64,000 nucleotides of DNA from Blastocatellia bacterium. GTDB taxonomy: Bacteria; Acidobacteriota; Blastocatellia; UBA7656. The position numbers and the translations under genes are program-made. The notes beneath the pieces were generated by a model. That model did no database searches. It was given only the letters and a program-made list of their open reading frames with translations, and was not told the DNA's origin. Below are positions 37,753-48,173 of the stretch, piece by piece. Position 1 is the first letter of the stretch, and each line of letters opens with the position of its first letter. The stretch lies in NCBI GenBank assembly GCA_045807725.1, contig JBJMGV010000115.1, positions 452-64,451 on the forward strand. Reading direction: 5' to 3'.

Positions 37753-38958
37753 TCAATCGCCGGCAGCAACAGCCATTTCAGAATCCGGCTGATAGCGGTG
37801 CGCTTCATCGCGCGGCAACAGGTAAGCGCAGACGGCGCTCAACAAGGTCATCGCCGAGGCGAAGATCAAGGTGTTGCGGAACCCATAAGCTGAGACCAGC
37901 GGGTGCAGCGCTTGTGGCGCGAGCGCGCCGATGCCCCAGGCCGCGCCCATCATCAGCGCCGAAACCGTGCTTGTCTGCCCCGGCGCGAGTTCTTGCGCCA
38001 TCGCTACATTGACGGGGATCGTTGACAGCAGGAAGAAGCCGCCCGCGCCGAGCAGGATCAGGCTCAACGCGCCGCTCGTCAGGAACGAAGCCATCATCAG
38101 TGGCCCGGCCAGCAGTCCTGAATAGAGCGTCACTTTGCGCCCTGATGTGCGCTCGGCCATCACGCCGCCGACCAGTCCGCCGATGCCGCCGAGCAGGAGG
38201 AAGACCGTCATCACGTTTCCGGTCGCGGTCAAATTGTAGCCTTGCTCACTCAACATGAATGGCAGGTAGTTGTTGGTTGTGATTTGCAAACCCGAACGAA
38301 TGACGGTGATGAGATAAAGCAGCGTCAGCGGCTTCCACGCGGCGTGAAGCGCGGCCATCAGGGGCGAGCGTATGCCGGCGCTGGTCGGCTCGGCTTTGGG
38401 CGGCGGGTCGAGCGCCGGGCAGGTGCGATACAGAATCGCGCTCATCACGATGCCGACGACCACGACGTAATAAGAATTCTCAAGGCCGTAGCGCGCGACG
38501 ATGCGCGTAATGGCAAACGGCCCGAATGCAAAGCCGAGCGTGCCGAGCGCCGAGAACATCGCCATACCGACGCGCTTGCGATTGCCCGAAGCGCGCGACG
38601 CCATCGCCGCTGCCTGCGGATGGAACGAGCCGATGCCGACGCCGCCCGCTACCAGCAGTGTGATTAAGATGCCATATGACGGCGCGAGTCCGATCAGCGA
38701 TACGAAAACGGCGGTGAGCGCCGGCCCGCAGACCGCGAAGAAACGCCTGAAATAGCGGTCACTGATGATGCCATACAACGGCTGCATCAGCGAAGACGAT
38801 AATGAATAGAGCGGCGACAACCAGAAGACCTGCGCGTCGCTTAAGCCGAGCTTGAGCTTGAGCAAGGGCAGCAGCGGGTAGATGAGGCTGGAATATGAAT
38901 CGTTGACGAAGTGCGCGGCGCACAGCACGGCCAACGTCAGCTTGTCACGTTTCTGCAT
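37753..38958 (-). CDS. MFS transporter
   Basis: 12 predicted TM helices. Start at internal Met MQKRDKLTLAVL. Confidence 0.8.
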   Translation of the reverse strand: MQKRDKLTLAVLCAAHFVNDSYSSLIYPLLPLLKLKLGLSDAQVFWLSPLYSLSSSLMQPLYGIISDRYFRRFFAVCGPALTAVFVSLIGLAPSYGILITLLVAGGVGIGSFHPQAAAMASRASGNRKRVGMAMFSALGTLGFAFGPFAITRIVARYGLENSYYVVVVGIVMSAILYRTCPALDPPPKAEPTSAGIRSPLMAALHAAWKPLTLLYLITVIRSGLQITTNNYLPFMLSEQGYNLTATGNVMTVFLLLGGIGGLVGGVMAERTSGRKVTLYSGLLAGPLMMASFLTSGALSLILLGAGGFFLLSTIPVNVAMAQELAPGQTSTVSALMMGAAWGIGALAPQALHPLVSAYGFRNTLIFASAMTLLSAVCAYLLPRDEAHRYQPDSEMAVAAGD

Positions 38959-38981
38959 AGCGATTGGCGCGAGCCGCTCAA

Positions 38982-39752
38982 TTACTGTTCGACGCGCACG
39001 GCTTCGTTGAGGCGCAGGCTCATATGATTGCGCGCGGTGGCGATGAAGTGTTTGAAGATGGCTTGCGACAACAGGTCGTCCTGCCAGCCGACTTCGGGGT
39101 GCCACTGAACGCCGAGGATGAACTGGTCAGGGCGCGTGTTGGTGACTGCTTCGATGACGCCGTCGGCGGCCCAGGCGATGGGTTCGAGGTCGCGCCCGAC
39201 GATATCAATCGCCTGGTGGTGGTGACTGTTGACTGCCGTGTGCGTCGAGCCGGCCAGCCGCGCGATCAGTGAGTCTTCGGTGACGTTGATTGAATGCGAG
39301 CGCCGCCAGAAGACATCGCCCTGCATGTGCTTGAGCGGGTCTTTGACTTCCGAAGGGATGTCTTGAATCAGCGTGCCGCCGCGATAGACGTTGAGCGATT
39401 GGATGCCGAAACAGATCGCAAGCACCGGCATGTGGCGGGCTTCGGCAGCCGCCAGCAACATCATATCCATCTCGTCGCGGCGCGGCACGACCGGGCCGAG
39501 GCCGGGCTTCGGCTCGCGCCCGTAACGCAGCGGGTCCACGTCATTGACCGAGCCGGGCAGGCAGATGGCATTCACTTGTTCGATGATCGCCTCTACATAT
39601 TCAGTCTCAGGGATGAGCGGCAGCATCAGCGGCGTGCCGCCCTGCGCGTAGATGACCTCCGGGTAGGTTTCGCGCAACTCATAATAGCTCGTGTTCCAGT
39701 TAAAGCGACATGGAATGCCAATGATCGGTCTTGAATTCTCGCTCAATGCCAT
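38982..39752 (-). CDS. Class I glutamine amidotransferase-like gamma-glutamyl hydrolase (peptidase C26 / PuuD family)
   Basis: LAICFGIQ catalytic Cys, HH-E triad region. Confidence 0.75.
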   Translation of the reverse strand: MALSENSRPIIGIPCRFNWNTSYYELRETYPEVIYAQGGTPLMLPLIPETEYVEAIIEQVNAICLPGSVNDVDPLRYGREPKPGLGPVVPRRDEMDMMLLAAAEARHMPVLAICFGIQSLNVYRGGTLIQDIPSEVKDPLKHMQGDVFWRRSHSINVTEDSLIARLAGSTHTAVNSHHHQAIDIVGRDLEPIAWAADGVIEAVTNTRPDQFILGVQWHPEVGWQDDLLSQAIFKHFIATARNHMSLRLNEAVRVEQ

Positions 39753-40229
39753 GACCTCGTCTGATTTATAAAGCGACCAGGGAGTAAAAAGATGGCCGCA
39801 GTCATCGAAATTCCTGCGGCGTCCCTCGTGCGGATCGAAACGATAGATTACCGGCTGGTCGCGCGGCTGTCAACGAAGCGGAAACGGCGGCGGCCCGGCC
39901 TATCACAATCGGTTGCGGGTGGCCGCCGCGCCTGCCGGCACATCTTGAGCGCGAGCCGCCGGCGTGGTTAGCCGGGCGCGCCGAATCCCGTTGAATTCCA
40001 GTGACGCTGCGCGTAGAATCACGCCGTGGACCTTTAAACCTGAAGGCAATCTCTCGCTGGTCCGTGACCCTGCCCGCCAGCCGGATGACCATCCTTACGC
40101 AACCGGGCTTTTCACCGCGTACCACGACTGCGACATGCCGATTCGTGACCGCTCTTCAATGATCCGCTTGAAGCGCCAGAAACTCAGACCCGTTGCTCAG
40201 TCGCCCCAGGACCGAGGAAGGGAGTTCCT

Positions 40230-42314
40230 ATGCTCAACGCCAACAACGACCCATCGAATGCAGAAGTGAATCAGGACCGCGCGGCTGCTCCTGCGCCCGC
40301 TCTCGCTCCCAACTGCGATTGGAGCGATATGGGTGAGTCCGATCACTTCGTCCAGTTTTATGAGAATGACGAATTCCTGTTGAACTCGTTGAGCGGATAC
40401 ATCGGCATGGGCCTCAGTGTGAGTGATGCTTGCGTTGTCGTGACCACATCAGCGCACCGAGAAGGGCTTGATCAGCGGCTACAGAGCTATGGCTTGGATG
40501 TCTTTGCGGCGCGTGCCTTCACTCAATACCTGGCTCTGGACGCGGATGAGACGTTGTCACAATTGATGGTTGAGGGGAAGGTTGATGCGGGCCGCTTTGC
40601 CGAGTTGATCGGCGGCCTGATTGCCCGCGCCGCGCAGGGCGGTCGCCGCGTGCGAGTCTTCGGCGAGATGGTGGCGCTACTCTGGGAGCGCGGCGATGTC
40701 GGGGCGGCTATTCAGTTAGAGCAGTGCTGGAATGACTTGCGCGCGGCGCATTCGTTCATGCTCCTCTGCGCTTACCCGATGAAAGCTTGCGCCGGCGAAG
40801 CGCTGGCCGAATCATTCAGTCGTATGTGCACGGCTCACTCGCGCGTCATCCCCGCCGAGAGCTATGCCGGCCTGACCAGCGCCGACGAACGGCTGCGCAC
40901 GATCATTCGCTTGCAGCAGAAAGGCGAATCGCTCGAAGCGCAGATCGCCGAGCGCAAGGTTGCCGAAGCCGCGCTGTGCAAAATAAAAGAGGAGTTGGAG
41001 ACACAGGTGGCCGACCTGCGCCGCCTGCACGAGATGAGCGTTGGGCTGACCGGCACGCTCGATGTCAAGCTGCTGCTCGACGAGGTGCTGCGGTCGGCAA
41101 TGGCGGTGCACGGCACAGGGATGGGGCTGCTGTCTCTTTGCGAGTCAGAGCGCGACGGCATCAACGTTATGGTTCACAGCGGCTTTGACGAACGATTCCT
41201 CAAGCTGATCGAGTGGGTTCCGGCGGGCGGCGGCGCGTGCGGAACGTGTTATGCCGAACGTCGCCGCGTCATCATCGAAGACGTTGAGCTTGATCCGGTC
41301 TTCGACGATTACCGCGAGGCGGCGCGCATCGCCGGCTTTCGCGCCTGTCACAGCACGCCTCTGCTAACACGCAATGGCAACATCATCGGCGTGCTCTCGG
41401 TTCACTTCGACAAACCGCATCGCCCCTCTGAGCGCGAGACCCGGCTGATGGACCTCTACGCGCGGATGGCGGCGGACATTATCGAAAACGCGCGACTGCA
41501 TAATCGTATGCAGCAGGAATTGGAAGAGCGCAAACTGTTGCTCGCCCGCGAACAGCAGGCGCGCGCCGAGGCCGAAGCAGCCAACCGAATGAAGGATCAA
41601 TTTCTCTCGACCGTCTCGCACGAACTGCGTACGCCGCTGAACGCCATCGTCGGCTGGGTTCACATTCTGCGGCGGGGCAAGCCCGACGAAGCGATGGCTG
41701 CGCGCGGGCTGGAGACTATTGAGCGCAACGCGCGGGCACAGGCGCAACTGGTTGCCGACATCCTCGACATGTCTCGCGTGATAACCGGCAAGTTGCGTTT
41801 GAACATTGACCCGGTCGATCTGGCGGCGGTCATTAATCAGGCGATTGATTCGGTGCAGCTAGCCGCAGATTCCAGGAACATACGGTTGAGCGTGACGCTA
41901 GACCCAACGGCTCGCCACCTCTCAGGCGACGCAAGCCGGCTGCAACAGGCGGTCTGGAACCTGCTCTCGAATGCGATCAAGTTCACGCCCAGCGGCGGGC
42001 GCGTCGAAGTGAGACTGGAGCGTGCCGGCGCGGAGGCCGAGATCAAAGTCAGCGACACCGGCGAAGGCATCAGCCGCGATGTTCTTCCATTCATCTTTGA
42101 CCGTTTCCGTCAGGCCGATGGGACGAGCACGCGCCGGCACGGTGGGCTTGGGCTTGGGCTGGCCATCGTGCGTCACTTAATGGAAATGCACGGCGGCACG
42201 GTCGAAGCTGAGAGCGCCGGCGAAGGCTGTGGGGCGACGTTCACGTTAAGGCTACCGCTCACTGCTGCCCGTGCGTGCGCGAAGGCCGGTGATGGAGGGG
42301 AACACTCGTTCTAG
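40230..42314 (+). CDS. Sensor histidine kinase with N-terminal MEDS domain, GAF domain, HisKA and HATPase
   Basis: DHFVQFYENDEFLLNSLSGYIGMGL is the MEDS-domain signature. GAF domain. H-box SHELRTPLN. G-boxes. Confidence 0.75.
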   Translation: MLNANNDPSNAEVNQDRAAAPAPALAPNCDWSDMGESDHFVQFYENDEFLLNSLSGYIGMGLSVSDACVVVTTSAHREGLDQRLQSYGLDVFAARAFTQYLALDADETLSQLMVEGKVDAGRFAELIGGLIARAAQGGRRVRVFGEMVALLWERGDVGAAIQLEQCWNDLRAAHSFMLLCAYPMKACAGEALAESFSRMCTAHSRVIPAESYAGLTSADERLRTIIRLQQKGESLEAQIAERKVAEAALCKIKEELETQVADLRRLHEMSVGLTGTLDVKLLLDEVLRSAMAVHGTGMGLLSLCESERDGINVMVHSGFDERFLKLIEWVPAGGGACGTCYAERRRVIIEDVELDPVFDDYREAARIAGFRACHSTPLLTRNGNIIGVLSVHFDKPHRPSERETRLMDLYARMAADIIENARLHNRMQQELEERKLLLAREQQARAEAEAANRMKDQFLSTVSHELRTPLNAIVGWVHILRRGKPDEAMAARGLETIERNARAQAQLVADILDMSRVITGKLRLNIDPVDLAAVINQAIDSVQLAADSRNIRLSVTLDPTARHLSGDASRLQQAVWNLLSNAIKFTPSGGRVEVRLERAGAEAEIKVSDTGEGISRDVLPFIFDRFRQADGTSTRRHGGLGLGLAIVRHLMEMHGGTVEAESAGEGCGATFTLRLPLTAARACAKAGDGGEHSF

Positions 42315-42392
42315 TTGATTGAAAGTCCTGGCAAACCATTTTGACTTTTGGCAGATTTCTCTGGCGAATTGGCCCGTCTTAGCTTGCCTAAA

Positions 42393-42421
42393 TTGACGCC
42401 CCGCACTCTACCTTTTACAAT
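42393..42421 (+). promoter_or_regulatory. Sigma-70-like promoter candidate TTGACG-N17-TACAAT upstream of the DUF1232 gene
   Basis: Consensus-like -35 and -10 hexamers with 17-nt spacing, 35 nt upstream of the ATG. Confidence 0.4.
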
Positions 42422-42456
42422 GCAGACGAACGCAACGGAGGCATAAAGGGAAATTC

Positions 42457-42885
42457 ATGTCAGAGCGAAAAGAAAAGAAGAAGAAGCTGCGCCAGTTGCT
42501 GTTGTTCGTTCCCAACCTGATGAGGCTGCTTTACGCCCTGCTCAAAGACCCGCGTGTGTCGAAGGCCGACAAGGCCATCCTTGCGGGCGTGATTATGTAC
42601 GTGATCGTGCCGATTGATGTGATCCCCGACTTCGTGCCCTTCGTTGGAATGGTGGACGACTCGTACTTGATTGCGATCTCGCTCTTACGACTGTTGAACC
42701 GCGCCAATCGTCAAGTGGTGCTCGATCACTGGAAAGGTGACGTTGACATTAAGCAGCTAGTTGAAAACATCTCGAACATCGCGTCCTACTTTTTGCCGGA
42801 GCGCATGCGCAACGCCCTGCACGGGCGCATCGAAGTGAAAGGCCGCCTCCACGTCGTCGATTCGTCCGCTCCCGAAGAGGTCTAA
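42457..42885 (+). CDS. DUF1232 (YkvA-family) membrane protein
   Basis: VIMYVIVPIDVIPDFVPFVGMVDDSYLIAISL motif. Confidence 0.75.
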   Translation: MSERKEKKKKLRQLLLFVPNLMRLLYALLKDPRVSKADKAILAGVIMYVIVPIDVIPDFVPFVGMVDDSYLIAISLLRLLNRANRQVVLDHWKGDVDIKQLVENISNIASYFLPERMRNALHGRIEVKGRLHVVDSSAPEEV

Positions 42886-42896
42886 ACGAATCCCGA

Positions 42897-44306
42897 TCAC
42901 GCTCCTGCCGCCGTCAACGCCTTGAGCAGCTTATCGTGAACGCCGCCGAACGCGCCGTTCGACATCGCCACCACCACATCCCCCTCGCGTAATCTCGGTG
43001 TAAGGTAGGCTACAATCTCATCAGCGGTAGCAATGAAGGCCGCCTCGCGCCCGGCTCGCCGCAAGTTGTCGATCATCTCTTCGGGCGAGACCGCCGACTG
43101 CTTACTGTACCGCTCCGGGTGAAAGAGGCCGGCGATGATGATCGAATCGGCTTCGCGCAAGCCGTCCTCAAAGCCCTGTTGAAACGACTTGATCTGCGCC
43201 GTGTAAGAACGCGGCTCGAACAGCGCGACGATGCGCCGGCCCGGATACCTGGCGCGTACGGCTCGGAGCGTTTCCGTGACTGCCGTCGGGTGGTGCGCGA
43301 AGTCATCAATGACGGTGACGCCGCGCGCGACGCCACGCACCTGCATACGCCGCTTGACGCTCTTAAACTCGGCGAGCGCGTCGGCGACGGCCTTGCGATC
43401 AAGGCCGAGCGTTTCGCAGGCCGCGATCACGCCGAGGCAATTGCGCACGTTGAACAACCCGGCCAGCGGCGTACGATAGCGGCCAAACTCTGCGCCGCCG
43501 GCGCTGACTGTGAATGCGGTCATCTCGCCGGTAAAATCAATCTCAGTTGCGCGCCACTGCGCGTCTTCTTCAATGCCGAAGCGGACGATGGGGCAGAAGG
43601 CGCGCGGCGCAAGCTCGCGGACGATGGGCGAATCCCAGCCGGCGATGAGCGCGCCGCGTTGCGGAATCAGGTTGATCAAACGGCTGAAGGCGAACTTCAC
43701 GGCGTCAAGGTCGCGGTAGATATCCGCGTGATCAAACTCAACGTTGTTGAGGATGACCGTGTCGGGCAGGTAGTGCATGAACTTCGGCCCTTTGTCGAAG
43801 TAGGCCGTGTCGTATTCATCGCCTTCGATGACGAAATAGCGGCTGTCGGTGACGCGAAAAGACGAGTTGAAGTTTTCAGCGACGCCGCCAATCAGAAACG
43901 ACGGGTTCGCGCCGGCCCGCTCCATCGCCCACGCCATCAGCGAAGTCGTCGTCGTCTTGCCGTGCGTGCCTGCGAAGACAATCGAATGATGGCCGCGAAT
44001 GAAATTCTCTTTCACCACTGCCGCCATCGACGTGTAGTTCATCTTCTCGTTCAGCACGTATTCAAGCTCAGGGTTGCCGCGCGAGATGGCGTTGCCCACC
44101 ACCACAACGTCGGGCCTCTGACGCAGGTTATCTGGCCGGTAGCCTTCGACGACGGGGATGCCGAGGCGCTCTAATTCGAGCGACATCGGTGGGTAGACGT
44201 TCTCGTCCGAGCCGGTCACTGTGTGGCCTTGCGCGACCAGCATTCCCGCCAACGAGGCCATCGCCGTGCCGCAGATGCCGATGAGATGATAATGCTTGTT
44301 TGCCAA
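42897..44306 (-). CDS. mpl: UDP-N-acetylmuramate:L-alanyl-gamma-D-glutamyl-meso-diaminopimelate ligase (murein peptide ligase)
   Basis: HYHLIGICGTAMASLA...GHTVTGSD Mur-ligase N-terminus. Probable TTG start at 44304-44306 with GGAG 8 nt upstream. The track start adds 100 unsupported residues. Confidence 0.8.
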   Translation of the reverse strand: MANKHYHLIGICGTAMASLAGMLVAQGHTVTGSDENVYPPMSLELERLGIPVVEGYRPDNLRQRPDVVVVGNAISRGNPELEYVLNEKMNYTSMAAVVKENFIRGHHSIVFAGTHGKTTTTSLMAWAMERAGANPSFLIGGVAENFNSSFRVTDSRYFVIEGDEYDTAYFDKGPKFMHYLPDTVILNNVEFDHADIYRDLDAVKFAFSRLINLIPQRGALIAGWDSPIVRELAPRAFCPIVRFGIEEDAQWRATEIDFTGEMTAFTVSAGGAEFGRYRTPLAGLFNVRNCLGVIAACETLGLDRKAVADALAEFKSVKRRMQVRGVARGVTVIDDFAHHPTAVTETLRAVRARYPGRRIVALFEPRSYTAQIKSFQQGFEDGLREADSIIIAGLFHPERYSKQSAVSPEEMIDNLRRAGREAAFIATADEIVAYLTPRLREGDVVVAMSNGAFGGVHDKLLKALTAAGA

Positions 44307-44454
44307 TAGCCTTCTCCGAGTGTTGATGAATGAGCCAGTATAGCTGTGCGGCGATGGCTTTGAAAAGTTGCGGCAATGCGCGCCTTGCGCGTCGCCGGTC
44401 GGTATGAAAGAATTTTTTGCCCGCGAAGTTTGCGCGCGAACAAACAGGAGAAGC

Positions 44455-46671
44455 ATGTCGCCAAAGAAATCGCTTTTTGTCCTTCCTGCCTTAATGTCTT
44501 TATTGTTAGTGACGCTGGGGGTCGGGTATTTCACGCCCGCAAGAGTTGCCTTCGCGCGGCGGCAGAGCGCGCCGAGTGTCAGCGACCTGCCGGTCATCAA
44601 CGCCATTCAGGGCGACCCGCGCGATGAAACATCGGTCGCCGTCAGCCGCGCCAACCCGCAATTCATCGTCGGCGCGTCGAAGTGGATCGAAGGCGGTGGT
44701 GGCGCTTCCAAGAGGGGCAACACGCGTGTCGCTTATTACTATTCGTCGGATGGAGGACAGACCTGGGGCAATGGCGTGCTGCCGCTTGAGACGCCGCAAA
44801 AAGAGTGGAGCCGCACGTCTGACCCTGCGGTTGTGTCGGACCTCGATGGCAATTTCTATCTCTGCGCGCTCTATCTTGATAACGGCAACTTCGATAGCGC
44901 CATATACATTTACAAATCAACCGATAATGGCCGCACCTTCAATGACCCGACGCCGGTCGTCGTTGACATCGGCAGCGGGACCACGCCGAAACAAGCGGAT
45001 AAATGCTACATCACGGTGGATACGTCGCCGACCAGCCGCTTCAAAAACACGGTCTATGCCGTGTGGGTTAGCACGGATACCAGTGTGGTCAAGACTTCAA
45101 AGTTCATTAAGACGAATCATCGCCGGCCCGGCGAGGCCGCTTTCTCAGAGCCGAAGATCATCAGCCACGATGGCGATATGCGCGGGCCGTCGCTTGCGAC
45201 CGGGCCGAACGGCGAGTTTTATGCGTTGTGGGAAGGCATCGGCCAGCCGAAGCGAATCTACTTCAACGAATCACTCGATGGCGGCGTGACTTTCCTGCCG
45301 TCCACCATCGCCGCGAACATCGACGCCTACGTTTATGATTATGTCGGCTCGCTGTCGGACCCGAACCCTTCGCTCATCATTCGCCCCGTCAGCCGTATGA
45401 ACAGCTTTCCGGTGATTGCCGTTGATCGCAGCAATGGCGCGAATCGCGGGACGATCTACCTGGCGTGGGCCGAAACGCGAAACGGCATTGATGCGGATGT
45501 GTTCGTCGCCAAGTTTCCGCCGCCCAATGCCAGTCACCCGAATGGCGGGCTGCCGCTGTTTCCGGTGCGAGTGAATGATGACCCGGCGGGCGCGGATCAA
45601 TTCTTTCCCTGGCTCGATGTTGATCCGAGCAATGGCGATGTCGAGGTTGCTTTCTATGATCGCCGCAATGATCCCGGCGACAGGAATGTTGACGTGTATC
45701 TGGCACGGTCAAGCGACGGCGGCACGAGCTTTGGTGCGAACATTCGCGTCACTTCGTCGAGCTTCGACGTGACGATTCAGAAAGATGTGCAGGGCGGCAA
45801 TGCCAGCTTGATCGGGATCGGTGATTACATCGCGCTCCAGGCATTGAACGGCAAGGCTTATCTGATGTGGGCCGACACGCGGCGCGGCGCGCAGGAAATC
45901 TTCTATGGCAAAGTAGTCTTTGATGGGACAAGCGGCGGCGGTGGCGGAGGTGGCGGTGGCGGAGGTGGCGGAGATATGAGCAATGATAATTGCTCAACGC
46001 CACAGGTCATCACCGGGCTGCCGCTTCAGATTAATCAGGACACCGGGCCAGCCACCAGCGCGGCTGATGACCCGGTGAGTTGCGCCGGCGGACAGGGCGC
46101 GCACTCGGTCTGGTATTCGATTACGCCGACGGCGGACACCACGATTGGCATAGACACAGGCGCGAGCGACTACGACACGGTGGTCAGCGTCTTGACCGGA
46201 ACGTGTGGCGCGTTGACGACGGTCGCGTGTAACGATGACTTCGCTGCGGCATCGGCTAATCCAAACCGCGCCGTGCTCGCTTTTCAAGCGCGGGCCGGCA
46301 CGACTTATTTGATCGAAGTGAGCGGGAAGGGAAGCGGCGGCACGTTGCGCTTGCGCGTCGGCTACCCGACTATCACGCGCGTTGAGTTCCCGCCTGCGCC
46401 GAAGGGCAGCGAGTTTCTGAGGATCACCGGGGCCGGCTTCAGCGAAAACAACGTCGCGGTTTCAATCAAAAAAGATGGCGATGTAATCACATTGCCCAAC
46501 GTCACCTTCACGGGCCAGCGGCAAGGAGACGGCACTTACAGCGAGATCACCGCGACGCGCAAGAAACTCCGCAAAGTCATCAAGCCGGGCGACACGGTCA
46601 TCGTCACCATCGAAAGCCCTGCGGCGAGCGGGCGCGTGTCGAATCAGGTTGTCTTCACGAGGCCGGAATGA
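44455..46671 (+). CDS. Secreted BNR/Asp-box repeat (sialidase-like beta-propeller) protein with a poly-Gly linker, PPC-like domain and IPT domain
   Basis: Signal peptide. Asp-boxes SSDGGQTW, STDNGRTF, SSDGGTSF. 13 consecutive Gly codons at 45931-45969. C-terminal PPC-like and IPT-like domains. AGGAGAAG RBS before ATG 44455. Confidence 0.6.
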   Translation: MSPKKSLFVLPALMSLLLVTLGVGYFTPARVAFARRQSAPSVSDLPVINAIQGDPRDETSVAVSRANPQFIVGASKWIEGGGGASKRGNTRVAYYYSSDGGQTWGNGVLPLETPQKEWSRTSDPAVVSDLDGNFYLCALYLDNGNFDSAIYIYKSTDNGRTFNDPTPVVVDIGSGTTPKQADKCYITVDTSPTSRFKNTVYAVWVSTDTSVVKTSKFIKTNHRRPGEAAFSEPKIISHDGDMRGPSLATGPNGEFYALWEGIGQPKRIYFNESLDGGVTFLPSTIAANIDAYVYDYVGSLSDPNPSLIIRPVSRMNSFPVIAVDRSNGANRGTIYLAWAETRNGIDADVFVAKFPPPNASHPNGGLPLFPVRVNDDPAGADQFFPWLDVDPSNGDVEVAFYDRRNDPGDRNVDVYLARSSDGGTSFGANIRVTSSSFDVTIQKDVQGGNASLIGIGDYIALQALNGKAYLMWADTRRGAQEIFYGKVVFDGTSGGGGGGGGGGGGGDMSNDNCSTPQVITGLPLQINQDTGPATSAADDPVSCAGGQGAHSVWYSITPTADTTIGIDTGASDYDTVVSVLTGTCGALTTVACNDDFAAASANPNRAVLAFQARAGTTYLIEVSGKGSGGTLRLRVGYPTITRVEFPPAPKGSEFLRITGAGFSENNVAVSIKKDGDVITLPNVTFTGQRQGDGTYSEITATRKKLRKVIKPGDTVIVTIESPAASGRVSNQVVFTRPE

Positions 46672-47663
46672 GGGCGTTGCGTTTCAACGGCTCGTTGCGT
46701 TTCGTCACCGACGCGCCGGTGGTGCGACGCGAAGGCGAAGCCTTGGTGCAGGTGCTGCGCGCAGGCATTTGCAACACCGACCTTGAAATCGTGAAGGGCT
46801 ACGCGGGCTTTCGCGGCACGCTCGGCCACGAATTCGTCGGTCGCGTCGTCGAGTCGCCCAATCAGGCTCTCACTGGTCGCCGCGTCGTCGGAGAGATCAA
46901 TGCCGGCTGCGGCGCGTGCGAGTTGTGCCGCGCGGGTGATCCGCGTCATTGCGCGCAGCGCACGGTGCTCGGTATACATAGCCGCGACGGCGCGTTTGCC
47001 GATTTCCTTTCCTTGCCGCCGCGCAATCTCATTGAAGTTCCCGATTCAATCAGCGACGAAGAGGCCGTCTTCGTCGAACCGCTCGCTGCCGCCGCCGGCA
47101 TCCTTGAGCAACTTCGCGTTGATGAAGCGACGCGCGTTGCCGTGATCGGCGATGGTAAGCTCGCGCAACTCATCTGCCGTGTGCTGGCGCAGACCGGGTG
47201 CGCGCTGACAGTCTTCGGCAAGCATCAAGAGAAGCTGGCGCTGCTCGACGACATCGGCGCGTGCTGTCTGCGGCTCAGCCTTGGCGATGGTGATTCTCTG
47301 AAGATGCAAGGTTGGCTGAATGAGCAGGAGTTGAATCAGAGTTTTGATGTGGTCGTTGAAGCGAGCGGCTCGGCGACCGGATTGCCGATGGCGATTACGC
47401 TCACCCGCCCGCGCGGCGCGATTGTGTTGAAGTCTACGTATCACGGCGAAACATCAGCCGACTTATCGGCGGTGGTCGTTAATGAATTGCAAATCATCGG
47501 CTCGCGCTGCGGACGGTTCGCGCCGGCTCTTGACCTGCTGTCTCGTCGCGCGGTTGATATCCGTTCGCTGATTTCGCAGGAGTACGCTATTGAAGAGGGG
47601 CTTGAAGCGTTCCAACAGGCCGCCGCGCCTTCGACGATGAAGGTGCTGCTTCGATTCGCCTGA
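46668..47663 (+). CDS. Zinc-dependent medium-chain alcohol dehydrogenase family oxidoreductase
   Basis: GICNTDLE...GHEFVGRVVE zinc ligands. Rossmann GDGKLAQL. ATGA overlap with the upstream gene. Confidence 0.85.
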   Translation: MRALRFNGSLRFVTDAPVVRREGEALVQVLRAGICNTDLEIVKGYAGFRGTLGHEFVGRVVESPNQALTGRRVVGEINAGCGACELCRAGDPRHCAQRTVLGIHSRDGAFADFLSLPPRNLIEVPDSISDEEAVFVEPLAAAAGILEQLRVDEATRVAVIGDGKLAQLICRVLAQTGCALTVFGKHQEKLALLDDIGACCLRLSLGDGDSLKMQGWLNEQELNQSFDVVVEASGSATGLPMAITLTRPRGAIVLKSTYHGETSADLSAVVVNELQIIGSRCGRFAPALDLLSRRAVDIRSLISQEYAIEEGLEAFQQAAAPSTMKVLLRFA

Positions 47664-47888
47664 GCCATTCCTCCCTATTCATTCCTGTAAAAAGAATCAC
47701 ATCGCGCTGGCTTTTATCGTAGAGAGGCCTCGCCTGCTGCCTTGTAATCGGCTCTTAGAGCCATTTTCAGGGTGGAGAAGAGTAGAAAGTCGTTGACACG
47801 GTTTAACGCAAAATGCTATAAACGCGCGGTAGCAGGTACTATATATGGGGTCGTTCAGGCTGCTGACCTACGATATTTAGGAGGACCG

Positions 47889-48173
47889 ATGAACCAAGGC
47901 GATTTAATCGAGAAGGTGGCGAGCGCCGCATCCATCAGCAAGGCCGAGGCCGAGCGCGCCATCAACGCGATGAAAGAGGCCATCACCGACAGCCTACGGC
48001 GTAACACGAAGGTGACGCTCGTCGGGTTCGGCACTTTCCAGGTTTCGCAACGTCGCTCGCGGCGCGGCCACAATCCTTATACGAATGAAGCGATCAAGAT
48101 TCCGGCCACCCGCACTGTGCGCTTCAGCGTTGGCAAGCAACTGAAAGAGGCTGTCAACAAGCGCAAGAAATAG
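47889..48173 (+). CDS. hup: HU-family DNA-binding protein
   Basis: MNQGDLIEKVA...VTLVGFGTFQVSQRRSRRGHNP arm motif. AGGAGG RBS. A TTGACA-N18-TATAAA promoter candidate lies at 47793-47822. Confidence 0.9.
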   Translation: MNQGDLIEKVASAASISKAEAERAINAMKEAITDSLRRNTKVTLVGFGTFQVSQRRSRRGHNPYTNEAIKIPATRTVRFSVGKQLKEAVNKRKK

